Below, piece by piece: positions 45,734 through 64,000 of a DNA stretch of 64,000 nt. How positions within the stretch are numbered: position 1 is the stretch's first letter; the number at the start of each line of letters is the position of its first letter. The notes under the pieces were generated by a model. That model made no database searches and was not told where the DNA came from. It was given only the letters and a program-made list of their open reading frames with translations. Source of the stretch: Sporopachydermia quercuum (taxonomy: Eukaryota). The stretch covers positions 496,001-560,000 of the forward strand of contig BCGN01000005.1 in assembly GCA_001599295.1 (NCBI GenBank). The letters run 5' to 3'. A program made the position numbers and the translations under genes.

Positions 45734-48316
45734 TTATTCTAAAGAGCTGAATTCTGAGTCAATCTCTTCAACCTCTTGGTACTGTTTTCTGGTATTTCTG
45801 GTACTACAATTACAAGTAATGCGTTAGTATTTGTTGAATAAGGGTTGATAGCCTTTTAGCATACAACATATTTGAATTCAATATAATCTTGAAAAATTCA
45901 GTGTACCATAGCATATTAGAGGATTCCTGTTGATACTTGTGGATAGTACTAGCTTCGTACACCGTTGATTCAATTGCCACCTTTTGATTCCTGTTTCTCC
46001 TTTCATTGTTGTTCTAAAAATAAACTTTTCTGTAAGAATCCTTCATTGAAAACCTTTCATTTCATTCATTCCTTCATTCGATGCTTCATTCTCCCTGTTG
46101 AAGTACTATATTCAGCTGTTCCAATTCAATGATATTTCCTGCAGTTGACAGTCCAACAACAGCAATGAAAATCAATCCATAATATCAGCAAGTATCATAT
46201 AATAAAGACATAGAATCAAGTAGCTATTCTCATTTTCAATACTTACGGTCGTTTTCTTATTTTTTCAGTTTCTTCTTCTTCTTCTTCTATTTGGATTATT
46301 TCATCATCAACAAAATTATCATCACCAAAATCATCATCATCTATGGCAAAAGATTGAGAATTCGAATCTGATTCAGAACTTGACACAACTTCTCTTGATT
46401 TTCTCTTGTTATTCTTATTTGTTTTCGTTGACTTTACTGGTTTGGCAGTTGTTGATCTCGTTGAGCTTTTTGGTTTAACAATTTTCTTCTCATTTGAATT
46501 TGTTTTCCTTGTTTTTACTGCTGAGGTTGTTGTAGTTAGAGTTGAAGTTGAAGTTGAAATGTTATGCTTCTGTTTGGGTTTCTGATACTTTTGTTAGTAA
46601 AACGTATAAACTAGTAAAAGGGTGACCAACAAAGCAATAGCACTAATAAACAGAAATGTGACTCATCAAACTGTTTTCCCTCTCTTTTGATCATTAATTC
46701 TATTCTTCCTTCCTACTTTTCTCTCTTTTTCTTCGAACAATACTTACATCAATAAATGAGTCCTTATCTATATCATAATTAGCCATTAATCCATCTAACT
46801 GTTCCTTCAGTGATGTTTCTACGAACTCTTTTAATGCATTTTTATCATCCTTATCAACAAATCTTCTAACCGCTTCATTCATTCCATTTTCTGGTAATAA
46901 TTCCAAATTGTCCTGGCCTAAAAACGTTTGCACTAATTCTTGGATTTTAACGTTTTCTACTCCGTCATCTTTTCCGGACTTGTCTGAACCTCCATTATTG
47001 CTTCCATTGTTCTTGCCGTTTCTATTCCCGCTATCATTTCCGCTATTCTGGTTATTCTTCCCTAGGGCCGAACCCAAATTCCGAGACCTCCGTTTATGGA
47101 AATTGACAACCCCATTAACATTAGCAACAATTCCCACAAATCTATTGGAAAATCGACGAGGATTCTCAACTTCATAACCACCAGAATAATCAACATTCAA
47201 TCTAATCAACGGCAGCGGAATCTCGTTGTTTTCTCTATCAAAATCTTCACCTTGTCTTGATAGCCACTGGCTTTTGGCGTCTTGTACTAAAGAATTAACA
47301 AGATTTATCAAATATCTCGTAACCAGATTCTTGCTTTTCGGACCAGGAGTTAAACCGGAATTACTTAAATCAATATTCCGTAAGATAAAGGGTCTAATCG
47401 TCGTTAATGGTATTGCTTGTAACGAATAATTACGTTTATGAATATTAATAATGAAGACATGTTTCTCTGCAACCTCAGACTCTGATAAAGAGGTTGCAAC
47501 TGATGAACCAGGCTGTAGAACTTCAAATTGGCTTATTGGGTTGTATTTCGGTACCGGTATACATTCATGTTCATGGCCCCATACTACTAGATCTAATAGG
47601 TTCGGCAGGAAATACTCAGGGATGTAATTAGTCGCACTGTGGGCTATATGATTCTGATGAATAGCCAAAATATTGAACCATTCGCCCTGAGCAATATTTG
47701 GTTGTAGAAACTTCACTTTCTCATCGCGGAAGGTCCTATGGAGCCTTTCATCTCTAATGCTTGGTAAGCCATAGAGAGCTAGTTTCGTTACCCCTTTTTG
47801 AAATAATAAAGGAACCACTGTTATATCGTCATTCTGAGAGATTTGACCGAAATGATTGATCAATCCTGTGGTTGATAAGACATCCATTGGTGCCAATAGT
47901 CCTTCACCTGCTGCATCATCATGATTGCCAGAGATTGAAAAGAATGGTAAAGAAACGTTAATATTTGGATCTTCATAGTTGACATAGTTGAACAGAGGAT
48001 CATTAATAACTTCGCTAGTATCACCAATAACTTCCAATTCGCATGGTTTGTCTCCAAGACAATACTGTCGTAATAATCTTATAACATGATACATCGATTT
48101 CTTTGATGGTTTATTGATATGGAATAGATCACCAGCTTGAAGGATCATATCAACGTCGTTATCCTTTGCAATGGCTAAGATTTCCTGAAACGTTTTCCAT
48201 GCGTCATCTCCAAGAATTGCGTCACTTTCGCCATATCCGATATGATTATCCGTGGTGATTAGGATGGAGATAGTGTCAGGGCCTTTTGGGGTCGATTGTA
48301 CTCTAAGCACATCCAT
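45734..48316 (-). CDS. MRE11: Mre11 nuclease; predicted exons 46748-48316, 46247-46581 and 45734-45803 (657 aa)
   Basis: Phosphoesterase motifs TDNHIGY, GDLFH, ISGNHDD, HQNH, WGHEHEC, QPGSSVATSL and ENPRRFSNRF. Intron 1 (46582-46747): GTAAGT...TACTAAC...CAG. Intron 2 (45804-46246): GTAAGT...TACTAAC...TAG. Both joins keep the frame; exon 3 is less certain. Confidence 0.93.
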
Positions 48317-49238
48317 CAAGAAATGGGGTAGAATTATGCAAATATTGGGTTTTGGATTGGATTTAAAAGGATGCTAATGTTTGAAATGGCAGTGTCAAGG
48401 ATGAAACTTTTCCCGGATCCCGGAATTGATTCCGAAGCGGATTCAGAACGGGAAGTTATCTTGTGATTAATCCAAGGCGATATACCGAGATACTGAGTTG
48501 GATATTCGATTATGTAATTCAAAATTGAGATGTGTAGTCTTCAGAGTTGCCCCTCAAAGCCTTTGCAAGGTTTTTTTTTTATTCTGAAGACTGAAGAGTT
48601 AAGTAACGTGTCAACTGCATAAATACTTTGAGGTGAAATAAGCGCTTATTATATTCTAAATACGAAGGTATGTTCTTAAAGGTATGACAACTTGTATAAT
48701 GTTGTTCAGTACATAAAAAATAGGTGGAATATTAGTACTTTCCATAGATCATTCAATGACCATTTATCTCCAATCTTTATAGTTGTCCCTAAAATATCAC
48801 ATGACAATTACAAGCCTTTTATGATTACATTATCTGATTCAATTGAGTGACTTTCGGGACGGAAGATAAACAAACTCCACAAAGGCACTTGTTTCTCTTC
48901 CGACAGCCAATTTAGAGCCAACTTTTTCGGCTCAATTTCCCAATTCGAGACATCGCAATTAATAAATTGCATTCTATTGTATAAGCCTCTATTAGAATTT
49001 CAACAACTGTTTCTTACAATAGAATCACAGTTCATATTTCAACGCACATACATCATATAGATGCGTTCATCGAGAAACACATAACCAACGGAACTAGTGC
49101 GGAATAGAGCGGCACAACAGTTGGGAAGTCTGCCTAAAACGGCAGTATTGAACCATACTAATACGGTATACCTTCCGAGAAACCTTATTTCTCACTTTAT
49201 TCCAGCCATTGTCATCTAATCATCGTCTTGAAGCCNCA

Positions 49239-54782
<5,544 letters not shown>

Positions 54783-56870
54783 AGAGGAGAAGTTAGAAGT
54801 TCGGAAATGATATTAGAGAATTACGGAGACTATTATNAGTTTTTAATATTTCGGAAAGTATAATGAAATGTCGGAAATTATGTGCTTACCTCTAGTTTAT
54901 CAAAATGTATGACAGCTTCTTTCAACAGAACTCACACAATGCTGTTTTATTAAACAGACGAACCAATAAATCGTTATTCCCTTCTATTTGCACCAAAATA
55001 AGCTGCCTGAAAGGGACAAAGATTTTTAATTCCCATCCATTCGTCATTTGTATGTTGTAATTTACAGTTCTTCAGCCATTGACAGCAATTCATTCGTTCA
55101 TTCGATTGTCGGCTCAGTTTTTTACAACAATTTGCAACTATTCACAGTACACAATTTTTCCATTACAATAGGGAAGTTTCTTCCAAAAGAATTTGATTGG
55201 ATAGAGGCTCTTTTGGCCCCATTTTTTTCCATTTGGTCACCGTACTTTTTCTATAAATACAATCCATCTGCTGCTGATAGAACAATAATGCACTGCAAAT
55301 TAGGTATTTCTAGGTATTTCTTCCTGGGTGCGTATTGAGGTTTTATTCTTCTTTCTAGAAAAAAAGAAGAGTGATTTAGCGACCAGTGAATAAAAATTCA
55401 TTAGCTTGTCCTGCTAATCAAAATAAAGAAAACCAGTTGTGAGAGAAAAACTCCGTACAAATGAGGAAGTCCAAACATACAATCTATGCGATTCACTTGA
55501 CTTTCAGTAATTGGCACCCTTTTACTATAAAAATTTCATCTCCAATAAACGATAGCTTGTTTTTACCTCAATTCGCTCTTAACTTTTTTTTTTTCATTCA
55601 TTATAATCTTAATTGATTTGTTGTTTGTTATCCTTTCTTGCTAATCGCCTTTTCATGGATCACTTCACGTCTCCATCTGTTGAGTCCCCCAAGGGACAGT
55701 ATGATAAGACGATAATGCTATTCAATAGTGGGCAATGGAACCGAACTGAGTTGAACAAAAATAAGGAAATTTGCTGTCGTTTCGAATTATTTATAGTTGC
55801 GTGCTTTGATGGAATTTTTTTTTTTGATTTGTCGTTAAGATTGATTGAATTGCTCGAGCATTGCGAATAAGCAAGCAGATGAATTGCTTCTTCTGTCGGT
55901 AAGAAAGAACAATAAAGATATCCGGTTCCTGAAGAGTTAGGGTTGTATTGTCCGGGTCAAACTGAGGACGGAACTACGGTAAGTAAGAAAGTGAGGCACG
56001 ATCACACTGGCCGCAGGGATGAAAAAGTAATAGTGGGATGAATTATTATGTATTGTATCTCATGAATTAAGGGATTTGCAATTTTTAGGAAGAATCATCT
56101 TCGGGATTGGCTAGTTTTTATCCAGAACTCGTATGAAATCAGTTGCTCATGTTTGTAGGTCAGAGGAGGATCTCTCCACCNTAGCTCAATAGGGAAAGCA
56201 TATGTCGTCGTACAATCAATGTAAATAGTAGGATATTCAAAGGATTTATATAAACATTCTAATAATGTACGGTATCAAATACTTAACAATAATCAGTCAT
56301 TCTACTCTTTCATATACCTCTTAGAAATCTTACCATATCCTCATCCCAATATTCCTACCTTTCCCCGATCCCTCTCTTTCCCGGATCGCTTATTTTATAC
56401 CACACCCATAAATTGTCACGTGTCCTGTTCCATGTGGCAATGACATTCTCTTCATCCNCAAACCCACTATGACATTTCATCTGCTCCATACATTCTTCAT
56501 TTTGTCACACTTGTCACACTTGTCCCCCTTGTCGCATTCAGCCCTCATAAGTCTTTTTGTGATCGTAAAACCCCCAACCTCCTACCAATTGCTTTACTCC
56601 ATTTTTCTTATTGACAGTAAATCATTACTATTTATCATACAAACCACCGCATTTATCAACCAATCTATAATAATTCTGTCAATTCTTTGTCAGGACAGAA
56701 CCCTGATAATTGTGATGAGATTGATTCTTTGATTCATCTCAATTGTGGCATTTGTCCTGTTTTTTTTTAGGATAGACCTAAACCTAAGGATTAACCATAG
56801 TATAAACAACAATCAAGGATAATAAATAGCATATCAAACTATTTTAGCATATTGAGAATAAACAAAGATA

Positions 56871-59800
56871 ATGTCAGACTTCCCGTCACATACACCTTTC
56901 AAGGTGAGATCCATTTACGAATACACGTCGGATCATCCGGATGATTTGCCCTTCGGAGTTGGTCAACAGATTACTGTTGACGTTATTGAAGATGATGAAT
57001 GGTTTACCGGTAGTTACACTGATAAAGATGGTGTAATACAAACGGGGATGTTTCCTAAGAATTTTGTTGAGTACGAGAAGCCGAAAGTGCCTGTGACAAG
57101 ACCAGGCCACGGTCGGAATGCGACTGAGACTGGACCAGAGCGGACCACGGAACCCGTTGCACCCGCTGCACCCGCGGCTGTTGCTAAGCCACAGTCTGAG
57201 AATGACGGATGGGGCGATGGTGAAGACATTGAAGATAGTGAAAATGAGGAAGATTATCAGCCACCAAAGCCTGTAATAGCTCCTGAGGTGGTTGCCCCAA
57301 AGCTGGAACCGGGGGCCGAACCGGACCCGGAAAATGTCTATGGATCGGAAGCTGACGCCGCAGCTAATCCTAAACCAAAACCTAAACCTAAACCGAGCTT
57401 GCCTTCACCATTCCCCAAATCGGATACAGGTCTATCCGAAAAGAAACAGACTCCGACAAAAGAGCATAAAGATCCAGGTTTGGGATCTCCGCCGACTCCA
57501 AAGGGTAGAAATAACGCCTTTCTTAATCGAATTGCCGCTTTTAACACTTCCGACGATCCTGCTCCGTTACCTACATTTTCTCCTAAACCTTCTTCTCATA
57601 TTAAAAAGCCATTTGTTGCTCCGGCTCCTTCTGCGTATGTGCCTCCTCCTATTGCAAGTATTTCTCATACTGTTCATGTTGATCGCCGAGCTACCAGTCC
57701 CGATGCACGTGATCTTTCGGGATCAAATGCCGACTCTAAGCCGGATCATGAGTCACAATACTCCAATAGCTTGGTGGAGGAAGACGAAGGGCCCAAAATG
57801 AGTTTGAAAGAACGAATTGCATTGTTACAAAAAAAACAAATGGAGGAACAAGCCAAAGCGGAAGCCGCTCTGCGGAAGAAAAAAGAGAAAAAGAAGAAAT
57901 TAGCCGAGGGGAAAGAGAACAGAGACACAAATGAGGCAGCCCACGGAATAGAGGACTTAACTTTAGCCGATTCTGCTTCTTCCGCCCCATCGGGTAGATC
58001 AGGTAGTATTGCTTCCGCTAGTAGTATGGGAACAGATACTGATTCAGTATCTTTAGTGCCACCAATTCCAAATCTGGCGGAAATAGACTCTATTATTGAA
58101 AGCGACGATTTTGACGACGCTACAGAACAAGAATTACAAACCGGTACCGAAACTGACAGGGTGGCACAGCAGGACACTCAATTTCAGCCGGGAGGTGAAT
58201 TAAAGGTGACTCAACCGGAAGAAAACGACTCCAATGCCGAAAATAACTCGGGTGACGGATCAGAGCGTACTGATCCCGACGAAGACTCCGACGAAGACGA
58301 AATAGATGCTGAGGAACGGAGAAAAATGGACCTTCGGGCCAGAATGGCCAAACTTTCCGGTGGAATGGGAATGCCAGGAATGGGATTACCCGGAATGATG
58401 ATGCCTGGCTTTGCGTCTGTTCCATCATCCGTTACGAAGAAAAAGAGTAGTAAGACCCGGAAACAGTCAGAACAATCTTCTGAAGAGCAAGCAGAAGAGT
58501 TCAGGGAAGCCCCGAGAATGGTCCCAATGGTACCAATTGTTCCCGTCGGTCTACCGGGGATGAATCCTATTGCTCCGCCCGTTGCACCTCCTGTTGCCAT
58601 TGATTCCGATGCTGAATCCGATGCTGAATCCGATGCCGACGCGGAAGCCGACGCCGAATCCGATATTGAGGCGAAAGAAGACATAGAAGTAGAAGCACCT
58701 ACGGACGAGATAAACGTGGATTCAACTAGCGAAATAAATGTTGCACCAGAGTTGGAGCTCATATCTAACAATGAGACGGAATTGGAAGTAATTCATCCTA
58801 AAAAGGCAGGCGAGTTCCTAAGTTATGATCCCAGTAACCAAAACGGGAAAGGGAGCCGAAAAGGGAAAAGAAATCCTGAGGATACCGAAATAGGCGAAGA
58901 AGAAGACGAAACGGGAGGGGAAGAAGACGAAAGTAGTGATAGAAAAGAGGAAATCTCCCATATTGCTACTGCTCCTCCTGTTCCGCCTACCCCTGCTGTG
59001 CCACCTGTTCCTCCCATTCCTTCTCACACAGCCACAATTTCTACCCCTCCGTCCCAGCCTCATCAAACACATAGAGCCCCTCCCCCGCCTCCTCCAGCCG
59101 CTGCTCCTCTTCCCCCTGTTCCCGCAATCCCAGCCGTTTCAGCTGTTCGAACTGCACCACCGGTTCCGATCCCAATGCCAAAACCAATAGCTGGCTCCGA
59201 GGAAACCATAGAAATAGAAGCAGAAGCCGAGTTTTCGGATGAAATCACTGGTTACGAAGCGGATGAGGATACCGATATAAACGCCCAACAATCGGATGAC
59301 CCCGCAAGTTACCCCACCAGCACAGTAAAAAGCACCCCAACCCGCTCGGAGATCCCGATCCCGAGACTTCCCAGCCGATCCTCAACACTTCCGCCGCCGA
59401 TTCCNAACGTTGGGGCTATTCCTCTTCCCCCTGTTTCCCCTCCAGATATTCCAAATGCCGCGCCGCCTGTTCCTCATGCAATTAGGCGTGCCGCCACTGA
59501 AGAGGGGTTCGGATCGGCTACTACTACTGCACCCCTATTTCCCCCGCCACCCCCTCCTCCAGGAGCTGCGCCACCAATTCCAATAGCTAGCAAGCCACCT
59601 CCTGGCCCGCCAGTTTCAACGGCAATTTCTTCTACTGAGCCACCGGTTACTCCCCATGCTGTTCCTATTACATCTCCCACTGCTTCAGCTCCTCCAGCTC
59701 CAACTACTGTGTCACCAGTTGCCCAACATTCCCCATCAATGCCCATCAGATCGTCCCGAGAACTGTCCCGCTCTAAGACCATCATTTCCGAAACCGCGGG

Positions 59801-60638
59801 AAGAATTGCGCAAAACATCGATTTAGCGGAAACCTCGGATTGGTGGCTGTACCCGAACCGGGCACCCCCCTTCATTGAGACGGAAGCCGACAAGGGAAAC
59901 CTTATTTTCGAAACAGACGAGTCACAAACAGCAAGAAGAGGAGGCAGAGTGACTGTCCAAAGGGAAGTGTACGTTCTCTATCCCGACTACTCCCAAACTA
60001 TAATCTCATGCAGCTATGACGCGCACGATGCAGGAAATACTGCCCAATTCGAACAAAGTCACGTGGAAGCCCCGTTCACTCTGCGCCAGGATCAACTGCA
60101 GCAAATATACACAAAATACGGGAATCAAATCAACCAAAAACTGGCCAAATTGGGANTCTCTTCCAACAGTAACGGAACAACCGTTGCCGGATTAGGCAAA
60201 ACCGAGAACTTTGTCTCCTATTTCACGGATCAAGTTCCGGGTATCTTGCGCCGCATCGGATTCAAAACGTACGGAGCCATCGTTTATGAAAATTTGGGAA
60301 ATGCCAGCGTTAAACAACACGATGAGATTCGACCCGGTGATGTGATCTTATTCCAAAATGCTGTTTTTAAAGGACATAAAGGTTTGCATCAGAAGTACAC
60401 TACTGAGGTTGGCAAGGTGTATATGGGAAATGGATCAGAAAGCGGAAATAACAGCAACGGAGTTAAAGTACTTGTTGGATTTGTTAGTGAATGGGATGGC
60501 AGTAAAAACAAGGTTAAAGTGTATGAACAGACAGAAAGCGGGAAAGTTAAGATTGACAGTTATAAGATTTCCGATTTGAAAACAGGTGAAGTGAAAGTGT
60601 TCCGATTGATTGGGAGAGATTTCGTGGGATGGGATTGA
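56871..60638 (+). CDS. BBC1: SH3-domain, proline-rich actin patch regulator Bbc1
   Basis: N-terminal SH3 (PFKVRSIYEY...GMFPKNFV), KMSLKERIALLQ, LRARMAKLSGG, ITGYEADEDTD, long polyproline region and conserved C-terminus (IRPGDVI...VKVFR...FVGW). Confidence 0.92.
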   Translation: MSDFPSHTPFKVRSIYEYTSDHPDDLPFGVGQQITVDVIEDDEWFTGSYTDKDGVIQTGMFPKNFVEYEKPKVPVTRPGHGRNATETGPERTTEPVAPAAPAAVAKPQSENDGWGDGEDIEDSENEEDYQPPKPVIAPEVVAPKLEPGAEPDPENVYGSEADAAANPKPKPKPKPSLPSPFPKSDTGLSEKKQTPTKEHKDPGLGSPPTPKGRNNAFLNRIAAFNTSDDPAPLPTFSPKPSSHIKKPFVAPAPSAYVPPPIASISHTVHVDRRATSPDARDLSGSNADSKPDHESQYSNSLVEEDEGPKMSLKERIALLQKKQMEEQAKAEAALRKKKEKKKKLAEGKENRDTNEAAHGIEDLTLADSASSAPSGRSGSIASASSMGTDTDSVSLVPPIPNLAEIDSIIESDDFDDATEQELQTGTETDRVAQQDTQFQPGGELKVTQPEENDSNAENNSGDGSERTDPDEDSDEDEIDAEERRKMDLRARMAKLSGGMGMPGMGLPGMMMPGFASVPSSVTKKKSSKTRKQSEQSSEEQAEEFREAPRMVPMVPIVPVGLPGMNPIAPPVAPPVAIDSDAESDAESDADAEADAESDIEAKEDIEVEAPTDEINVDSTSEINVAPELELISNNETELEVIHPKKAGEFLSYDPSNQNGKGSRKGKRNPEDTEIGEEEDETGGEEDESSDRKEEISHIATAPPVPPTPAVPPVPPIPSHTATISTPPSQPHQTHRAPPPPPPAAAPLPPVPAIPAVSAVRTAPPVPIPMPKPIAGSEETIEIEAEAEFSDEITGYEADEDTDINAQQSDDPASYPTSTVKSTPTRSEIPIPRLPSRSSTLPPPIXNVGAIPLPPVSPPDIPNAAPPVPHAIRRAATEEGFGSATTTAPLFPPPPPPPGAAPPIPIASKPPPGPPVSTAISSTEPPVTPHAVPITSPTASAPPAPTTVSPVAQHSPSMPIRSSRELSRSKTIISETAGRIAQNIDLAETSDWWLYPNRAPPFIETEADKGNLIFETDESQTARRGGRVTVQREVYVLYPDYSQTIISCSYDAHDAGNTAQFEQSHVEAPFTLRQDQLQQIYTKYGNQINQKLAKLGXSSNSNGTTVAGLGKTENFVSYFTDQVPGILRRIGFKTYGAIVYENLGNASVKQHDEIRPGDVILFQNAVFKGHKGLHQKYTTEVGKVYMGNGSESGNNSNGVKVLVGFVSEWDGSKNKVKVYEQTESGKVKIDSYKISDLKTGEVKVFRLIGRDFVGWD

Positions 60639-60880
60639 TGGTTATATTTTTTGATAGGTTTACTGTTTTACTGTTTTACTATGGACATGAAAACCTGTTA
60701 AGTGAATCTTGGTATATAGTATTTGCTTAGATCTTATTGAGCATGATTGAAATGGGAGATGATATCAATCTGTTAGTTTCTAGTTAAATTAATGTAATAA
60801 ATTATGGTGAATTAATTGAGTAAGTCAAAATGCTGATATTCGTCGCTTATGTCATATAGATTATGCAGAAATACAATTTG

Positions 60881-60888
60881 GTCACGTG
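60881..60888 (+). promoter_or_regulatory. Cbf1 site upstream of SAM synthetase
   Basis: GTCACGTG in the BBC1-SAM2 intergenic region, consistent with sulfur/methionine regulon logic. Confidence 0.4.
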
Positions 60889-61943
60889 GTTTGTAAGAAT
60901 ATTCCGGAAATAATAGTAAACGTGGGATCAGCGATGAGAAATACCCAGGATATCATATGTGAGACATGTGAGAGAGGACTACTGATGATATCGCCGGCAA
61001 ACGGAGGTTTTTAATGGGCAATAATTGATATACTTCCTAACTATAATAGAATTTGTAGTCTATAAGGACATAAACATGTGGGTTGTTTATTTTATACATT
61101 TTTAGTGGAATTATTGTATATATCACAAGAATATGACTTTCATATAATTATTTCCGAGATTGCTATTACGGAAACGATACAATAGATTCATCTTGTTCAT
61201 TCTACACAAGAGTCTTCATAAATATACTGGCTGACTCCTGTTTTTGGCCAGTTTACTCATTGTATTTACTGTCAGGATTGGTTTCTAGTCAGTATTTCAT
61301 ATATAATGTAATATTCAGCCTATTATTCCAGATATTCAATGCATCCAATCAATCTCTCATGTATCCCCTTTTATTTATTCCATATAATTTCCGCCTTTTG
61401 CATAATCTCCTGTATTGCCCTATTGAACCTACTATCCGGTTAACTCACTTGACTAATCCATTGTATCGGGTTGCTATTTGACGCACACACCAGAAGCATT
61501 AGGGTAAACCATTCCATTAACATTTTTCCCAGAGTTAACCCACATTCAGGAAGACTCATTTTCCGACTACCAATTTATATTTAATCAATTCAATAAAGAC
61601 AAATCCAACCTCTAGTCTAACGCTTACTACCAAGCTCAGCTATCTCTCAGTTATCCCCTGAACCGGATCTTTGAACTGTTTTCCTTATTTAAAATTTCTA
61701 TCCGGATAAGCCTCCACAAACGCCCAAGGTCTGAACTTAAATTTTAATTCATCTCGCTCGTGTTTGTTGCTCTTCCTTTTCTACTTTTTTTCTGCTCTTC
61801 TTTACTACTTCTATAACTCTATGGAAGCATATAAACTACAGGTGAATTGTACTTATAATTGATATGACAAATATCAGTAATTGCTATTTTGTAATTCGTA
61901 ATTAGTACTATCTATCAACTTTCATCTTCTTCTCTGCTGAAAA

Positions 61944-63107
61944 ATGGATTCTAAACCAGGAGATCATTTCTACTTCACCTCTGAGTCAGTTGGAGAAGGG
62001 CATCCAGATAAAATCTGTGATCAAGTCTCAGATGCTATTCTTGACGCCTGTTTAGCCCAAGACCCTCACTCCAAGGTTGCCTGCGAAACAGCATCGAAAA
62101 CTGGTATGATTATGGTGTTTGGTGAGATCACCACTTCAGCTACAATTGATTTCCAAAAGACAGTTAGAGATACTATTAGAGAGATTGGATACGATTCATC
62201 AGACAAAGGATTTGATCATAAGACTTGTAATGTCTTAGTTGCCATTGAAGAACAATCACACGAAATTGCTAAAGGTGTGCATCATGGCCGTGATATTGAA
62301 GATATTGGTGCTGGTGATCAGGGAATCATGTTTGGTTATGCAACTGATGAGACAGAAGAATTATTACCATTGACTATCTTATTGGCCCACAAATTGAATA
62401 AAGCTCTTGCTGATGCTAGAAGAGATGGTTCTTTGCCATGGTTAAGACCAGATACCAAAACCCAGGTCACTATTGAGTACGTAAATCAAAACGGTGCTAC
62501 TATTCCTTTAAGAGTTGATACTGTTGTTGTGTCTACTCAACATGCTGATGAGATCTCAACAGAAGATTTGAGAAAAGCTGTATTAGAGCAGATCATTAAA
62601 AAAACAATCCCTGCAAGTTTACTTGATGATAAAACCATTTATCATATTCAACCGTCAGGCAGATTTGTTATTGGTGGGCCTCAAGGTGATGCAGGACTTA
62701 CTGGTAGAAAGATCATTGTTGATACTTATGGTGGTTGGGGTGCTCATGGCGGTGGTGCATTTTCTGGTAAAGATTTCTCAAAGGTTGACAGATCCGCTGC
62801 CTATGCTGCTAGATGGGTTGCTAAATCATTGGTGGCCGCTGGTTTGGCTAAACGAGCGTTAGTTCAATTTTCTTATGCTATTGGTGTTGCTGAACCATTA
62901 TCTATTCATGTTGATACTTATGGTACTTCTAAGTATACATCATCACAATTAGTTGGAATCATACGTGATAATTTTGATTTGAGACCTGGTGTTATTGTTA
63001 GAGATTTAGACCTTGCTAGACCTATATATAGACAAACTGCTGCTTATGGTCATTTTACCAATCAGAGTTATCCATGGGAGAAACCAAGAGCTTTAAAGCT
63101 TGATTAG
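61944..63107 (+). CDS. SAM2: S-adenosylmethionine synthetase
   Basis: [29 protein letters not shown] and [15 protein letters not shown]...GGGAFSGKD. Confidence 0.97.
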   Translation: MDSKPGDHFYFTSESVGEGHPDKICDQVSDAILDACLAQDPHSKVACETASKTGMIMVFGEITTSATIDFQKTVRDTIREIGYDSSDKGFDHKTCNVLVAIEEQSHEIAKGVHHGRDIEDIGAGDQGIMFGYATDETEELLPLTILLAHKLNKALADARRDGSLPWLRPDTKTQVTIEYVNQNGATIPLRVDTVVVSTQHADEISTEDLRKAVLEQIIKKTIPASLLDDKTIYHIQPSGRFVIGGPQGDAGLTGRKIIVDTYGGWGAHGGGAFSGKDFSKVDRSAAYAARWVAKSLVAAGLAKRALVQFSYAIGVAEPLSIHVDTYGTSKYTSSQLVGIIRDNFDLRPGVIVRDLDLARPIYRQTAAYGHFTNQSYPWEKPRALKLD

Positions 63108-64000
63108 AAGTGTTCAAGATTGAGGAGATTGTTGAGGATGAGGATTATAACATGATCGTAATAGGTCAATTAGCTATAGGCCAAATGTTAGAATTGGATG
63201 CTGAAAGATAGGATAGTAAGACTGATTACAGCAACAAATGCAAGGGCAAGATAATGTTACTAGAATTGACGTTATAATTTGATTTGAATTTATGTTACTG
63301 GTTATTATCTAATCATCTGTTAATCATAAAGGTGTTGACGGCAATTATTAGTCCGGTACTAATACAGCAGAACAAACTAATCGTTGTCTTATTCTTCTCA
63401 CTAATTGTTATTGGTATTGCTTTTACTTCCATATACATCTACTATTTTACCTCGTTATTTCCATTTCCTTTCCTTTTCGTTTTTCTTCTTTAATCTTTGT
63501 TCTTCTATTCTTTCACCTTTCTTCCTTTCATCTTTTTTTTTCAGTTATGTCACATTAGTTTTGGTTGCTTAATTCAACATTTCAATCATTCAATATTCAT
63601 CTTGGTTTATCAAAAGAAACATGTTTATTTATTCATCAACGGGTTAAATAATGGAAACAATTCAAACGAATCAACGATGTTCTTTATATTTTATCCGATA
63701 TTCGCTATTCGATTTTGTTATAAACTTTTCATTATCATCTATTATTACTGTTGATAATACAAGTATCTTGTAGAACTGGTTATATAGAGAGTTGAGGTTC
63801 AGTATTTAGTAATTATTTTCAAATGAACAGATTGATTATGTAGGAGAAAGATGCTCGGAAACGATGTTTGCTCCCTGCCCAGGATTTTGGTTAATGTAGT
63901 ACAGTGATCTATGATCTATAATCTGTGGATTTATGATAGTGTGCAGGATAAGTTTTCATGATAAATGATAAAAGATGATAGCTGATCATGGTATAACAAT

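Noticed and set aside
46700..46747. ORF-track C-terminus of MRE11 (VSIVRRKREKSRKEE)
   Set aside because: It is read-through into intron 1 (GTAAGT donor at 46747); it would exist only as a retention isoform.
56400..56540. GTCACGTG and repeated TGTCAC words as a centromere or repeat element
   Set aside because: The following DNA is not CDEII-like (not extremely AT-rich); more likely ordinary BBC1 promoter sites.
63280..63760. Short ORFs and a purine-rich minus-strand frame downstream of SAM2
   Set aside because: Low-complexity sequence interrupted by stops, with no start or splice support.

Overview
AT-rich budding-yeast (Saccharomycotina) chromosome segment. It uses the standard code (CTG=Leu), encodes a respiratory complex I subunit and has spliceosomal introns. 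Gene order: BST1 (3' part), STE2, tRNA-Trp(CCA), secreted class-3 lipase, END3, NDUFS3/NUGM, CCT2 (intron), SAL1, RTN1, EXG1, YOX1/YHP1, a-factor copy 1, YML6 (intron), a-factor copy 2, frameshifted a-factor copy 3, INP54, PSP1-like, DPP1, ethanolamine kinase, MRE11 (two predicted 3' introns), GCN2, BBC1, SAM2. The main signal missing from the ORF track is an a-cell mating module. Two intact 39-codon a-factor pheromone genes (predicted mature peptides IMIG[P/S]FYVPQC, CAAX = CVIA) and one degenerate copy are present. A shared CATTGTN-N4-Mcm1 operator (a2-Mcm1 type) lies upstream of STE2 and both intact pheromone genes, and tandem pheromone-response elements precede the lipase next to STE2. Also notable: MRE11 has a spliced C-terminal tail whose intron retention gives truncated proteins, and a ~15 kb domain (MRE11-GCN2-BBC1) is strongly enriched in CCG/CGG in both coding and non-coding DNA. 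All assignments come from reading the sequence and recalling homologue motifs; no searches were run.
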